From contig CM059432.1 in assembly GCA_030390025.1 (NCBI GenBank), forward strand, positions 105,464,001 to 105,528,000: a stretch of DNA of 64,000 bases. Direction: 5' to 3'. The notes under the pieces were generated by a model that saw nothing but the letters and a program-made list of their open reading frames with translations, did no database searches and was not told where the DNA came from. This document shows positions 1 through 12,024 of the stretch, piece after piece. Within the stretch, counting starts at the first letter, position 1; each line of letters begins with the position of its first letter. The stretch is from Squalus acanthias. Lineage: Eukaryota. A program made the translations under genes and the position numbers.

Positions 1-2260
1 GCATACTATTGCTGAGTGCTGCTGGAATCGTGACTGGTTTGGGGCGCCAACACGAATGGAACTCTTTTCCAAATTCTGTTTGCAAAAAATTAGTCAAAAC
101 ATCCCGAAGCATAACATGTCATGAATTGCATTCCTCTTCTAAATTATGTACCATTATCAGAATCCCCCAAAGAAATTCCCATCCTCACCTCTTTGTATGG
201 TTCTATATAAGTGACAGCAGCAAACAAGAATAACGAAGAAACTGTGGACAGACACAAATCCAAATATAGCAAAAACAGCAGACGATCCAGCAAAAATAAC
301 TGATGCAAACTTCAGTAAAAATTGTGCGGCTGTAAATCGCCCTTTATGAACCTACTTGAGCAGGCCAGGTTACAGCATTAGTTACTCGGCAATTGATAGG
401 GATGGAAACTGCCAAAAATCATGATGGCCTGGAGTTTTCGATTGGTTGCGCTGGTTTTTTCAGCGCAATTTGCCCAAAATTGGCAACACCAGCGCAAAAT
501 ATCACGGAATTTTAAGCGCAAATTATTGCGTTTGGTGATATGCAAATGAGTTTGAGTGGACACATGAGAACAAAAACAAATTCTCAAAACGAGCGCAAAT
601 TTGGGCGCAATTTGCACCCGGATCACCGATTGCACCCAAAGTGGAAACTCTACCCCGATATCTGGCAAGGCATTTAGTTACATAATTTTGAGACTTCTAT
701 TAAGGCTCTGCAGGGCCCACAGTGCACAGTCCCCAGTACAGGGGCCTGCAGGCTCAACTTCGCAACACACTCTGGTCCCCAGTGAGGCTCTGCAGTGGGA
801 GCAGAGCCACATAAAATGCACCCTTTGATGGCTGCAGAGCATTACAGGCAGTAATTCAGTCAAGTAGTTTGATAGTGAATAAGTAACTCCGATGGTTTAT
901 ATCTTCCATTCACTGAACTCCGAGGAGTGCTTTTGCTTGAAACCAGCTATGATACATTTTTTTAGTACAGGCAGAAGGAGAATTCGGAGTTTGGATTACT
1001 GCTTGCAAAACTCTGGCAGACATCAAAGCCCCAATTGTGTGATACTTAAAAATTGGAGCTGTGCACGCCCATACATGTAGTGATAGGGCAAGCTGTGTCA
1101 AATTTTGTGATCTAAGGCTTGTACACTTATTAGCCTAGCCTCCTTGCGCATGGAAAACATGTACAGGGAGTCAGACCAGCAAGCTGATTGGCTGCCAAAT
1201 GCAAAATTGGACCAGGGACCAGCATTTAAAGGAAGGATGCTCAACCTTAAATGGAGATGGTTTTTACTCACCAAACCAACATTTGAACTGCAAGGAGCAA
1301 CGCAGGCAAAAGCGCTTCTGCAGGCGAGGAAACCCTTGACGACATGCCATGGGAAGTCCAGTAAAAGAGGGTAGACAGCATCCTGCAAAGGCAGCAGCTC
1401 AAGGTACACGGAAGGAGCAGGCATAGCAGGGTCCATATGATCTCCCAGGTCTGAGCAAATGTTTTTGGGTATCCGCCGAAGTACCAAGGTAAGTTTTATT
1501 TTATTAATTCCTGGGATGTGGGCGTCGCTGGCATGGCTAGCATTTATTGTCCATCCCTAATTGCCCTTGAGAAGGTGGTGGTGAGCTGCCTTCTTGAGCC
1601 ACTGCAGTCCGTGTGGTGAAGGTACTCCCACAGTGCTGTTAAGGAGGGAGTTCCAGGATTTTGACCCAGCGACGATGAAGGATCGGCGATATATTTCCAA
1701 GTCAAGATGGTGTGTGACTTGGAGGTGAACTTGGAGGTGATGGTGTTCCCATGCGCTTGTTGCCCTTGTCCTTCTAGGTGGTAGCGGGTTTGGGAGGTGC
1801 TGTCGAAGAAGCCTTGGCGAGTTGCTGCAATGCATCTTGTAGATGTTACACACTGCATCCACGGTGCGCTGGTGGTGGAGGGAGTGAATGTTTAAGGTGG
1901 TGGATGGGTTACCAATCAAACCAGCTGCTTTGTCCTGGGTGGTGTCGAGCTTCTTGAGTGTTGTTGGAGCTGCACTCATCCAGGCAAGTGGAAAGCATTC
2001 CATCACACTCCTGACTTGTGCCTTGTAGATGGTGGAAAGGCTAAGGGGAGTCAGGAGATGAGACACTCGCTGCAGAATACCCAGCCTCTGACCTGCTCTT
2101 GTAGCCACAGTATTTATGTGGCTGGTCCAGTTAAGTTTCTGGTCAATGGTGACCCCCAGGATGTTGATGGTGGGAGATTCGGCGATGGTAATGCCATTGA
2201 ATGTCAAGGGCCGGTGATTAGACTCTATAATGATCTAGTATAATGATGGAGTATAATGTG

Positions 2261-2880
2261 TGAAGGGGAGTGAAAGAGTTAATTTGAACTCACGTTAAAT
2301 TAAAATATAACGAATTCTCATTTTCTGTATGAAACCGAAGAAAGCCAGGTGGGAGATAAGGCCTGGTTGAGCATTGTGATACTTAGCAACAATCAAGGTC
2401 ATGAACACAATGGAAGACTGTAAAACCCAGACATTGGGCCTCTAACAGATTGCATATACACGTCATTAATGCTTTTAGTTTGTAACTGACAAAGATTAGA
2501 GTAATGGTTTAGTTTGCAACATAATTATTTGGTATAACGAATTAATGGTTTAGTTTGCAACATAATTATTTAGTTTGAATTAAAATATAACGAATTAATG
2601 ATTTAGCTTGAACTGACATAAATTGTTTAGAATATAACGAATTAATTGTAAGCTGTTTAAGTTTGAAATGGACATACTTGTAATCATGTGATATTTTGTA
2701 ACTATGTGATTGGACAACTCTTCAATAAAAGGTTGTCATTGACAACGAGAGGTCGAGAAGTTGAAGTCATCAGACTAAGCAAGGTTCTGTGACACTTCTC
2801 CCAGGGATCTCTGAATATTAAATAAACTGTTTCTCGCTTTACCTATAAACAGACTGGAGTGAAATAATTTCTCCCTAACA
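2261..2880 (+). repeat. ERV 5' LTR (620 bp)
   Basis: TGAAG...CTAACA. Differs from the 3' LTR by about 5 substitutions and 1 indel by eye. U3 direct repeats, inverted CCAAT near 2708, AATAAA at 2821. Confidence 0.96.
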
Positions 2881-2881
2881 A

Positions 2882-2898
2882 TGGACGTAGTCGGCAGG
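2882..2898 (+). promoter_or_regulatory. Primer binding site complementary to the tRNA-Ser 3' end (1-nt insertion)
   Basis: TGG-A-CGTAGTCGGCAGG versus TGGCGTAGTCGGCAGG expected for vertebrate tRNA-Ser. Confidence 0.85.
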
Positions 2899-3499
2899 GA
2901 TACTTTGGAGCTGAAAGACCGCCTGTACCAGTGAACAGGGTGAGTAGTCAAATCTTTGACCACCCAGAAATTGGGTCACTTGGCAGGGCGGTATGAAGGC
3001 AACCGCAGTATCTAACAAATTTGGTGTCTGTGACGGGTAAGAAACAGTTTATTAAAACCTAGGTAGCGCATAAGGTGTTTGTATATTGAAATAATAAGGT
3101 TAACCAAACGTATTAATAGTAGTTAAGATATTTGAAGCCTGATGTGTTATTTCGGACTATAAATGCCTCGTGGACCCATACTGAGCCGAAATTAAGAGGG
3201 CGATTGGGCCCCACGTGACGGCCAGAGTTAGTTGGGAATCCGAGACAGACAAAAGAATCTGTAAGACCTCTCTGCTGTGTTGCGTTGTGGGATCTGTTGG
3301 ATTGTATGACATGTTATGGTAATGTATTAATGGCTACATGTGAAAGGGGCCAAGTGGCTGCCCAAAACTCACCTCTGTGAGCAAGATTGTTCCAAGTCGG
3401 GGCCGCCACCATACTTATGGTGGATGATAGGCAGACCTCTGAAAACGAGTTACTAGTCGTGGCCGGAAAGCGGTAAGCTAGTAACGATATTAATACATT

Positions 3500-4201
3500 A
3501 TGGAGAAAGACGCGGAACCCGATTGGGGCCCGCCAGGATCCATGAGTCGGCTCTACGCCGAGGACCAAAAGGGTTTGATTGATCAAATGAGGAAAGATGG
3601 GTGGGATCCATTAGGAAAACCCCTGGCGCAATGGAAGTGGTGGGAGAAGCAGAAACAAAAGAAAACTAGAAAGGCAGGAGTAATTTCAACACATCAGTTA
3701 ATAATGTTAACAGAAAAGATTACGACACAAACTAGTAAGATGGAAGAACAAGAAAAGAGAATAGCCAAATTAGAAAGTACAATAAAACGGATGGAATTGA
3801 CAGATAGAGGAAACAGAAATGATGAGGACAAGAGGATTCAGGGGAGCTGTTATAGTTGTGGAAAGATGGGACATATGGCGAAGGCTTGCAGGAGTGGAAA
3901 GAAAGGGGGATGTGACTATTGTGGTAAGCTAGGACACCAGAGTCACAACTGCTGGCAGAAGAAAGGAGATGTGGACCAGACACAGGGCGCTTATCTCAGT
4001 CTGGAGAATAGAAGGGTCTTTATGGAGTACCTCCAGTCAAAGGGGAAGAGTCAATTACGGGAGGTGGCCCCAGTAAAAGGAGGCTCGGATAACCGAGTCT
4101 ACATTGCAGCATTATTAGGGGGCCAATCGTGTGAAATGCTAGTTGATACAGGAGCATCAGTATCTTTAACTGATTTGCCCCGTCTGACAAACCAAAGATA
4201 A
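3500..4201 (+). pseudogene. gag: ERV gag-pro, internally deleted: N-terminal/coiled-coil region, two CCHC zinc knuckles, truncated aspartic protease
   Basis: CYSCGKMGHMAKAC, CDYCGKLGHQSHNC and LVDTGASVS lie in one frame. There is no room for a capsid domain, and PR stops soon after DTG. Confidence 0.85.
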
Positions 4202-4930
4202 AGAAGGAAAAGATCTAATTTGCAGGCGAACCAATCTGAAAACTCAGCTTAAACAAAAAAAAAGGATTTGGAAAGCCAGGAAAGCTGCTGAGACACCTAT
4301 GTAAAGAGAAAAAAAGAGAGAAATTTAAAGTTTTACCGACATGGAAGTTATTAATGTCTGTGCCGAGACAAATAAAACACAAGATTTGTTGAGTGAAAGG
4401 AATCTTAAAGGAATGCTGGGATCTAAGTTTGAGTGAAAGTGTGTGTTAAAGTGTGAGAGTTTACCTGACTGTGAATGTTTAAGGAGTTGCAGTATTTCTT
4501 TTGTCTGAGAGCCTGTCTTTAAAAAGGTGTCTGTCATTTTTGTTTTGGCTCCACCCACTCTTTTGTACAGAGAGCTAAAGGTTGTTTAACCCTTTGAAGA
4601 CTTGTTTTGTTGTTTTAAGTTTGTTAATTGTTTTACAAAAAATAAGCTTCAGCCTTGAAGTCACACTTGCCAATGTGCCTGGAAGGAAAATGAATTTGAA
4701 TGTCTACAAGGCATGGATAATTGTTTCTTTGTTAATGTGGCTATGGTTTCTTTCTTTATCTTTGATACTGGTTAGTTTAAAAGAAAATTTTGATCTAGAT
4801 TGAATTGGAGTTATTGAGGTTAATTAACCTATTAAAACCAGACTTTTATTGTGCACGGTGAGATTCTGGTTGGTGTAAATTTGTGTAGACCACATTGAAT
4901 AAGATATTTAATGGTCTGAAACCAGACTTT

Positions 4931-5090
4931 AAAATATTTACAGTCTTGGATACAGAACGGGTTCTGGTCCATACCATTGGCAGAGGAATCACAAGGGAAA
5001 TTCGCTTTTACTGTCAGGGATAGACAGGAGTTTTATATCAGACTTTGCAGGGAAAGCAGAGCCGATTCAACAGTTAGTTAAAGAGGGGTC
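4931..5090 (+). pseudogene. Reverse transcriptase remnant of the ERV (YxDD region deleted)
   Basis: KIFTVLD/QNGFWSIPLAEESQGKFAFTVRDRQ is joined directly to thumb-like ISDFAGKAEPIQQLVK. Confidence 0.8.
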
Positions 5091-5984
5091 CAGTAGCGAA
5101 GGCAATGCCACGATGTGTGGCTGCAATAAATTGTGCCCCAAGAATTAGAAAAAAAAAACTTGAACTACAATTTAAGTTAAGCTGGTGTGTAAAACTGAGA
5201 AGAACAACAAAAGTTTGTTTAACAAAGATTACGTTTCGGTCTAAGATTTAACCTTGGAGTCGCGGTTGCTATGGTGAAATCTTCCAAAGCAGTTTGATTT
5301 GATTTGCTTAAATGTGAAAACTAATTTTTCTCCAGTTATATTCAATGTTTTTACAGTATTTTGGAAAGGCATCTGAAGGAAGGACAATAAGAAATATGAT
5401 ATAATTTATGGTTTTCTACAAGCATGTACTGGTTTGTTTTGTTTTTTCTGTTCATGTTCAGTTACGTGAAATGACGCAATTGCATGCATCTGACAATGTT
5501 TCACTCCGCCTTCTTAAAAAAAAAACCCTGCAAAGGAGTTAACCCTTTCCACTGACAGCTGTTTAAGTTATAGAAATGAAATTGAACATTGACAAAACCT
5601 GTCAGTTCAACAGTACTGCTGTTTGGATTTCAGGATAATTTTGAAATGACAAAATGAACTCAGGCACTATATATTGGGTTACTTTTGGAAAAATAAAAGA
5701 TCCTCTAAAATAATGATAAATAAAAAGTGTTAATAACTTGGACCAAGTGAGAATGTTTGATCTATGTTTTCAATCTTAAATATTGTACTGGACAGTAAAG
5801 TTCCTCCAGGGCTCATGAATGAGATATGAATGGTAATTAATAGGATGTGTAAAATGGAGAAAGGAAGTGATTGAGGGTGAGATAGAAACAGGAGAATTAC
5901 ACCACCAATTGAGAATTTTCCAAACTTTCTGGTGAAAGTCAGGAAAGTGTAGTTAAGAATAGTAAATTGATAGCTTTCTCTTGG

Positions 5985-7080
5985 AGACATTTGTGTCCCT
6001 GCCTATAATGAAGAAACCTGAATTTGATAGCCTGGCCACTATCCAAGACATCGGGACCATGCAGAGGAAGAGGAACAAAGACCTCCAGACAATCTTTTGA
6101 TAAGATACCTGAAAGCCCGAGAAAGGCACATGTGGCATGATGTGGAGATACCAATAGGAGTGTGCAAATGTGATTTGTTCAGTTGCCAACCGGGAATGTA
6201 TGTTGAATCTGCACTGAAGAATGGGTCTCAGACATGCTCAGTTACTTGATAACAGCAAAACATGAAATGGTTAATCTGGTTCAGGAGAGCGAGACAACTT
6301 TTAAAGCATTGACACATACTCCGTCGAGAAACTATCCAATTAATGAAACAATCAGAATAGAGTTAAATACACTGGTACCTGTTAGAGGGATTGAAATTGA
6401 AGTTGAAGTGGAGAGTTACATGGAATCTGGATTGGGACAATTGAGGGCTAAGGAGAAATCATGTTTAGTAAGAATTATCCACAAGATGGATATGAGTAAA
6501 AGAGAGATCTGGAGAATCTTTTAAGTCCATGATTTGTTGACTAGATGTTAAACTGTAATGTCGCTTGAAATGATTGTAAGACTGAATTTAACTGTGACTG
6601 TAATAATTGTGTTTTGTAGGTAACAGAGCGTGGGAAAAACCAGTGCGAATCCAGTATGAGGTGGTTTTGGTGGTGCCTCCTGTGTCACCACTATCGCAAT
6701 TTCCATGCTTATGGGTCTAACAGGACCTGTCCCATCAACCAACACGTTTTTAAGTATGAGCTACACAATTATGTGGCACAATTCGGATACTACATTCCCC
6801 TGTTGTCTAAGGGTACCAGTGAGCTTATGATGCGACTGAACTCCTCCCTAAAGCATTTTTATGTTTTGGAGGAAGACAACTCAAGAATAGATATTGAAAT
6901 TGAAAGCATAGAGGACAACTCACACTGGTGGGATATTGAGCTTAATATATCAGCACACCCTTAGATTTGTATTATTTCACACGCTCTGGTAGTTCTCCAA
7001 CTTGTAATGATAGTGTATTTGATATATGTAACCTATGTAGTAAGATACATAAGCCAATTGGGTACTCATGCCTATGACTA
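5985..7080 (+). pseudogene. Decayed second envelope/fusion-glycoprotein-like remnant inside the ERV
   Basis: Broken frames give VSLPIM..LATIQDIG, SCVTT..YGSNRTCPI, a heptad-like stretch, HWWDIELNISAHP and a hydrophobic anchor (ICIISHALVVLQLVMIVYLIYV). N-glycosylation sequons NRT, NSS, NIS. Confidence 0.5.
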
Positions 7081-7235
7081 ACCAGCACCAACAAATCAAT
7101 TGAGCACACCTAAAGAGAAGATCCAAAGCAATGTAGAGGAGACCCCAGGCGGGGTAACATCAGGAAAGATAGAAGAAACAGAGGATACCCCAGGCGGGGC
7201 AGAATTAGAACACCGGAACAATGAATTGAATTTGA

Positions 7236-8066
7236 ATAAGGGGTCCCTGGGAAAAGATACAAATAGACTTTACGGGACCCCTACCGATCTCAAGGGGAAG
7301 GGTATACTGCCTAGTGATAATAGATCAATTCACAAGATGGGTGGAAGCTTTCCCCACACGAAACTGCACAGCTGCCACAGTGGCCCGGATAATGGCAGAA
7401 GAAATAATACCGAGGTGGGGGGTTCCTATTCAAATCGACTCTGACCAGGGAACCCATTTCACGGGAAAGGTAGTAAAGAATATCTGCGCATGGATGGGAA
7501 TAAAACAAAAATTCCACATTCCCTACCGTCCTCAGAGCTCTGGGATGGTGGAGCGAATGAACCGGACCCTAAAAACCGCATTAGCAAAGGCTCTGAGTGA
7601 AACCCACCAATTTTGGGTAGATGCTCTGCCCGCAGTCCTGATGAAATTGCGAGCTATCCCTAATCGAACGACAGGCTTATCTCCCTATGAATTAATGACA
7701 GGGCGAGCAATGCAACTCCCTTATGGAATTATCACGGGGGGAGAGGAACTAGGACCCTTACAGGATAGGATCCGCCGATATGTCCTTGAATTAAGCAAGC
7801 AGTTAAAAGAAATGAGACAGCAGGTTAGAGAAAGACAGGAAGAAAAGGATAAAAATTTAGACTTGACTGCGTTTACAAACGTTCCCTCTGCAGGAACAAA
7901 AGTAATGGTTAAGGTCCTACCTACAAAACAGGGGTTTGCCCCAAGATGGGCCGGTCCTTATCAGGTCCTTATCAGTGGAGACACGTGTGCCTGTATTGAT
8001 ATAAAGGGAATGGGAAGGTGGAAACACTGGACCCAGCTAAAGACCCATAACCCTTCACCAGTGTAG
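7236..8066 (+). CDS. Retroviral integrase core + C-terminal domain, open frame lacking the HHCC N-terminus
   Basis: GPWEKIQIDFTGPLP...IDSDQGTHF...QSSGMVERMNRTLK (DDE intact) and WAGPYQV (GPY/F). Frame is open from 7236. Confidence 0.9.
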   Translation: MRGPWEKIQIDFTGPLPISRGRVYCLVIIDQFTRWVEAFPTRNCTAATVARIMAEEIIPRWGVPIQIDSDQGTHFTGKVVKNICAWMGIKQKFHIPYRPQSSGMVERMNRTLKTALAKALSETHQFWVDALPAVLMKLRAIPNRTTGLSPYELMTGRAMQLPYGIITGGEELGPLQDRIRRYVLELSKQLKEMRQQVRERQEEKDKNLDLTAFTNVPSAGTKVMVKVLPTKQGFAPRWAGPYQVLISGDTCACIDIKGMGRWKHWTQLKTHNPSPV

Positions 8067-8068
8067 AA

Positions 8069-9008
8069 ATGGACGCAACAAAACAAATTCTGGGTATAAG
8101 GAGTGAGGAAGAGTGGATACCGTATACAGAATGGGAATGGCCCCTGGTAAGGGGATTGGTCTGGGCATTATGCATCATTCTGATTTGCTTCACATTGGGT
8201 TGGAGTAGATGCGAGCAGAAATACGAATTAAAGAGGACCAGGAGTGGGTACAGTGGTGCAACATTCACGTATGGGGCGTGGAATCTCGGTACAATTCCAA
8301 ACATGACCAGTGGGGGGCCATGGAAGGGTAAAATCATAATAATAAATAACATATGGAGTAGGTATGAAGCCTATAATAACACTTACTTCATTGGGGTATG
8401 TCGTGCCCTTTGTACACCACTGTCTAAACCTCAAGGAACACCCAGCCTATCGTTATAAACGAGAAATTAATGAGGCTGAAAGATACTTCGCGATCTATCT
8501 ACCCCCAAACGGAGTCGCAAGAGCTATTAAAGAGATACGGTTGTTGGCAGAGGTTTTAGAACAGGTTGGGAAGGATACAGCAGAAGCTCTAACAGACATG
8601 AACGCTGAGATGGTAGCGATAAGGACAGTGACGCTACAGAACCGAATGGCACTTGATTACCTCCTAGCAGAAAAAGGGGGAACATGTGCATTGATTGGGA
8701 CAGAGTGCTGTACATACATTCCTGACAGTTCAGAAAATATAACTGATTTGGCTGAGCACATACAGAGGGAAGTTCGGAAGTTACACGAAACCGCAGGAGC
8801 AAACTGGTGGGGATGGTTGTTTGGGGGGTCATGGGTTTCATATTTGATGCATGGACTGATAATTATTCTTGTAATTGGAATAGCACTCTGTGTTACCTTG
8901 ATGATTTTAAATGCATGTTGTAAGGCAGCTATGGACAGAATGATGCCGGTTGCTGTAGTCACTATTGAACCAAGCAATGAACAGCCACTACAGGATATCT
9001 ATATGTAA
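8069..9008 (+). pseudogene. env: ERV env, gamma-type TM intact, SU largely deleted and frameshifted near 8390
   Basis: Hydrophobic leader, furin site RYKR (8451-8462), ISD LQNRMALDYLLAEKGGTC, CX6CC (CALIGTECC), membrane anchor and short tail. Confidence 0.92.
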
Positions 9009-9152
9009 GGCTCTTTCCTTTTCATACAGACACCTGACACCGAGGATAGATAGAAGGGAGAGGCGAATTTATCAACACAGATATAATCCGGGGATGATAA
9101 ATGCGTGAAAGTCGGTATCCCTGACCAGAATTTTTAATTTGGCACAGTACCG

Positions 9153-9163
9153 AAAGGAGGGAA
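9153..9163 (+). promoter_or_regulatory. Polypurine tract of the ERV
   Basis: AAAGGAGGGAA immediately before the 3' LTR TG. Confidence 0.9.
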
Positions 9164-9782
9164 TGAAGAGGAGTGAAAGAGTTAATTTGAACTCACGTTA
9201 AATTAAAATATAACGAATTCTCATTTTCTGTATGAAACCGAAGAAAGCCAGGTGGGAGATAAGGCCTGGTTGAGCGTTGTGATACTTAGCAACAATCAAG
9301 GTCATGACACAATGGAAGACTGTAAAACCCAGACACTGGGCCTCTAACAGATTGCATATACACGTCATTAATGCTTTTAGTTTGTAACTGACAAAGATTA
9401 GAGTAATGGTTTAGTTTGCAACATAATTATTTGGTATAACGAATTAATGGTTTAGTTTGCAACATAATTATTTAGTTTGAATTAAAATATAACGAATTAA
9501 TGATTTAGCTTGAACTGACATAAATTGTTTAGAATATAACGAAATAATTGTAAGCTGTTTAAGTTTGAAATGGACATACTTGTAATCATGTGATATTTTG
9601 TAACTATGTGATTGGACAACTCTTCAATAAAAGGTTGTCATTGACAACGAGAGGTCGAGAAGTTGAAGTCATCAGACTAAGCAAGGTTCTGTGACACTTC
9701 TCCCAGGGATCTCTGAATATTAAATAAACTGTTTCTCACTTTACCTATAAACAGACTGGAGTGAAATAATTTCTCCCTAACA
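9164..9782 (+). repeat. ERV 3' LTR (619 bp)
   Basis: Direct repeat of 2261-2880, followed by TSD ATGTG. Confidence 0.96.
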
Positions 9783-10730
9783 ATGTGGGAAAATGTGAGG
9801 TTATCCACTTCGTTAGGAAAAATAAAAAAGCAAATTATTATTTAAAAGGAGAGAGATTACAAAATGCTGCAGTACAGAGGGATCTGGGGGTTCTTGTACA
9901 TGAAACACAAAAAGTTAGCATGCAGGTACAGCAAGTAATTAGGAAGGCAAATGGAATGTTGGCCTTAATTGCAAGGGGGATGGAGTATAAAAGTAGGGAA
10001 GTCCTGCTACAACTGTACAGGGTATTGGTGAGACCATACCTGGAGTACTAAGTACAGTTTTGGTCTCCTTATTTAAGGAGGGATATACTTGCATTGGAGG
10101 CAGTTCAGAGAAGGTTCACTAGTTTGATTCCTGAGATGAAGGGGTTGTCTTATGAAGAAAGGTTGAGCAGGTTGGGCCTATACTCATTGGAGTTTAGAAG
10201 AATGAGAGGTGATCTTATTGAAGCATATAAGATTCTGAGGGGGCTTGACAGGGTAGATGCAGAGAGGATGTTTCCCCTCGTGGGGGAATCTAGAACTAGG
10301 CGACATAGTTTCAGAATAAGGGGTCACCCATTTAAAACGGAGATGAGGAGGAATTTCTTCTCTCAGAGGGTCGTGAATCTGTGGAATTCTCTACCCCAGA
10401 GAGCTGTGGAGGCTGAGTCATTGAATATATTTAAGGTGGAGATAGACGGATTTTTGAACGATAAGGGACTCAAGGGTTATGGGGAGTGGGCAGGGAAGTG
10501 GAGTTGAGGCCAAGATCAGATCAGCCATGATCTCATTGAATGACGGAGCAGGCTCGAGGGGCCAAATGGCCTACTCCTGCTCCTATTTCTTATGTTCTTA
10601 TGTAGACTCGCTTTTGTTGGAGATAGTCATTGCCTGGCACTTGTGTGGCACGAATGTTACTTGCCACTTATCAGTCCAAGCCTGAATGTTGTCCAGGTCT
10701 TGCTGCATGCAGGTACAGACTGCTTCATTA

Positions 10731-11010
10731 TCCAAAAATGTGCGGGTTAGGTTGATTTGGCTATGATAAATTGACCCTTAGTGTTAGGGGGGGATTAAAT
10801 ATGTGGGGTTATGGGGATAGGATGGGATATGTTAGGGGGAATTAAATATGTGGGGTTACAGGGGTAGGGTGGGATATGTGTACTGTGGGGATTAAAGCAG
10901 GGACAGGGTACTGGATTTGAATGATCAGCCATGATCGTATTGAATGGTGGAGCAGGCTCGACGGGCCGAATGGCCTACTCCTGCTCCTAGATTCTATGTT
11001 TCTATGTTTC
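10731..11010 (+). mobile_element. 5'-truncated V-SINE (HE1-like) with CR1-type tail
   Basis: Near-identical reverse complement of 13518-13790, ending in TTCTATGT repeats. Confidence 0.85.
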
Positions 11011-12024
11011 TGAGGAGTTGCGAATGGAACTGAACAATGTGCAATCATCAGCGAACATCCCCACTTCAGTGGAGCGTTTCCCCCTGATTCCCATTGACTT
11101 CAATTTTACTAGGGGTTTCTTGATGTCACACTCAGTCAAATGCTGCCTTGATGTCAAGAGCAGTCACTCTCACCTCACCTCTGGAATTCAGCTCTTTTGT
11201 CCACGTTTGTACTAAGGCTGTAATGAGGTCTGGAGCCGAGTGGTCCTGGTGGAACCCAAACTGAGCATCGGTGAGCAGGTTGTTGGTGAGTAAGTGCCAC
11301 ATGATAGCACTGTCGACTACACCTTCCATCACTTTGCTGATGATTGAGAGAAGACTGATGGGGCGGTAATTGGCCGGATTGGATTTTCCTCCTTTTTGTG
11401 GACAGAACATACCTGGGCAATTTTCCACATTGTTGGGTATACACCAGTGTTGTAGCTGTACTGGAACAGCTTGACCAGAGGCGCGGCTAGTTCTGGAGCA
11501 CAAGTCTTCAGCACAACAGCTGGGATGTTGTCAGGGCCCATAGCCTTTGCTGTATCCAGTGCACTCAGCCGTTTCTTGACATCACGTTGAGTGAATTGAA
11601 TTGGCTGAAGACTTGTGATGGTGGGAACCTCAGGAGGAGCCCAAGATGAATCATCCACTTGGCACTTCTGGCTGAAGATGGTTGCGAACGCTTCAGCTTT
11701 GTCTTTTACACTCAAATGCTGGGCTCCGCCATCATTGAGGATGAGGCTGTTTATGGAGCCACCTCCTCCCATTAGTTGTTTAATTGTCCACCACCATTCA
11801 CAAATAGATGTGGCAGGACTGCAGAGCTTTGATGTGATCCATTGGTTGTTGGATCGCTTAGCTCTGTCTACAACATGCTGTTTCCGTTGTTTAGCATGTA
11901 TGTAGTCCTGCGTTGTCGATTCACCAGTTTGGCACTTCATTTTTAGGCATGCCTGGTGCTGCTTCTGGCATGCTCTTCTATGCTCCTCATTGAACCAGGG
12001 TTGGTCCCCTGGCTTGATAGTAAT

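Larger units (their letters stand above)
2261..9782 (+). mobile_element. Endogenous retrovirus provirus (defective, chimeric)
   Basis: Paired TG...CA LTRs, 5-bp TSD ATGTG (2256-2260, 9783-9787), PBS, PPT, and gag-pro, RT remnant, integrase and env sequences. Confidence 0.96.
2226..10602 (+). mobile_element. 5'-truncated CR1 LINE 3' fragment split by the ERV (2226-2260 plus 9783-10602)
   Basis: Removing the ERV restores MEYNVGKCEVIHF. RT C-terminal ORFs at 9785-10507, TTCTTATG-repeat tail, TSD TAGACTC at 2219-2225 and 10603-10609. Confidence 0.92.

Noticed and set aside
300..1490. Degenerate Harbinger/MITE remnants
   Set aside because: A TIR-like end near 656 and weak transposase-like words, but boundaries and identity are unsupported.
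8069..9008. Domesticated syncytin-like env
   Set aside because: SU is mostly deleted, the leader is out of frame with TM, and it sits in a young provirus.
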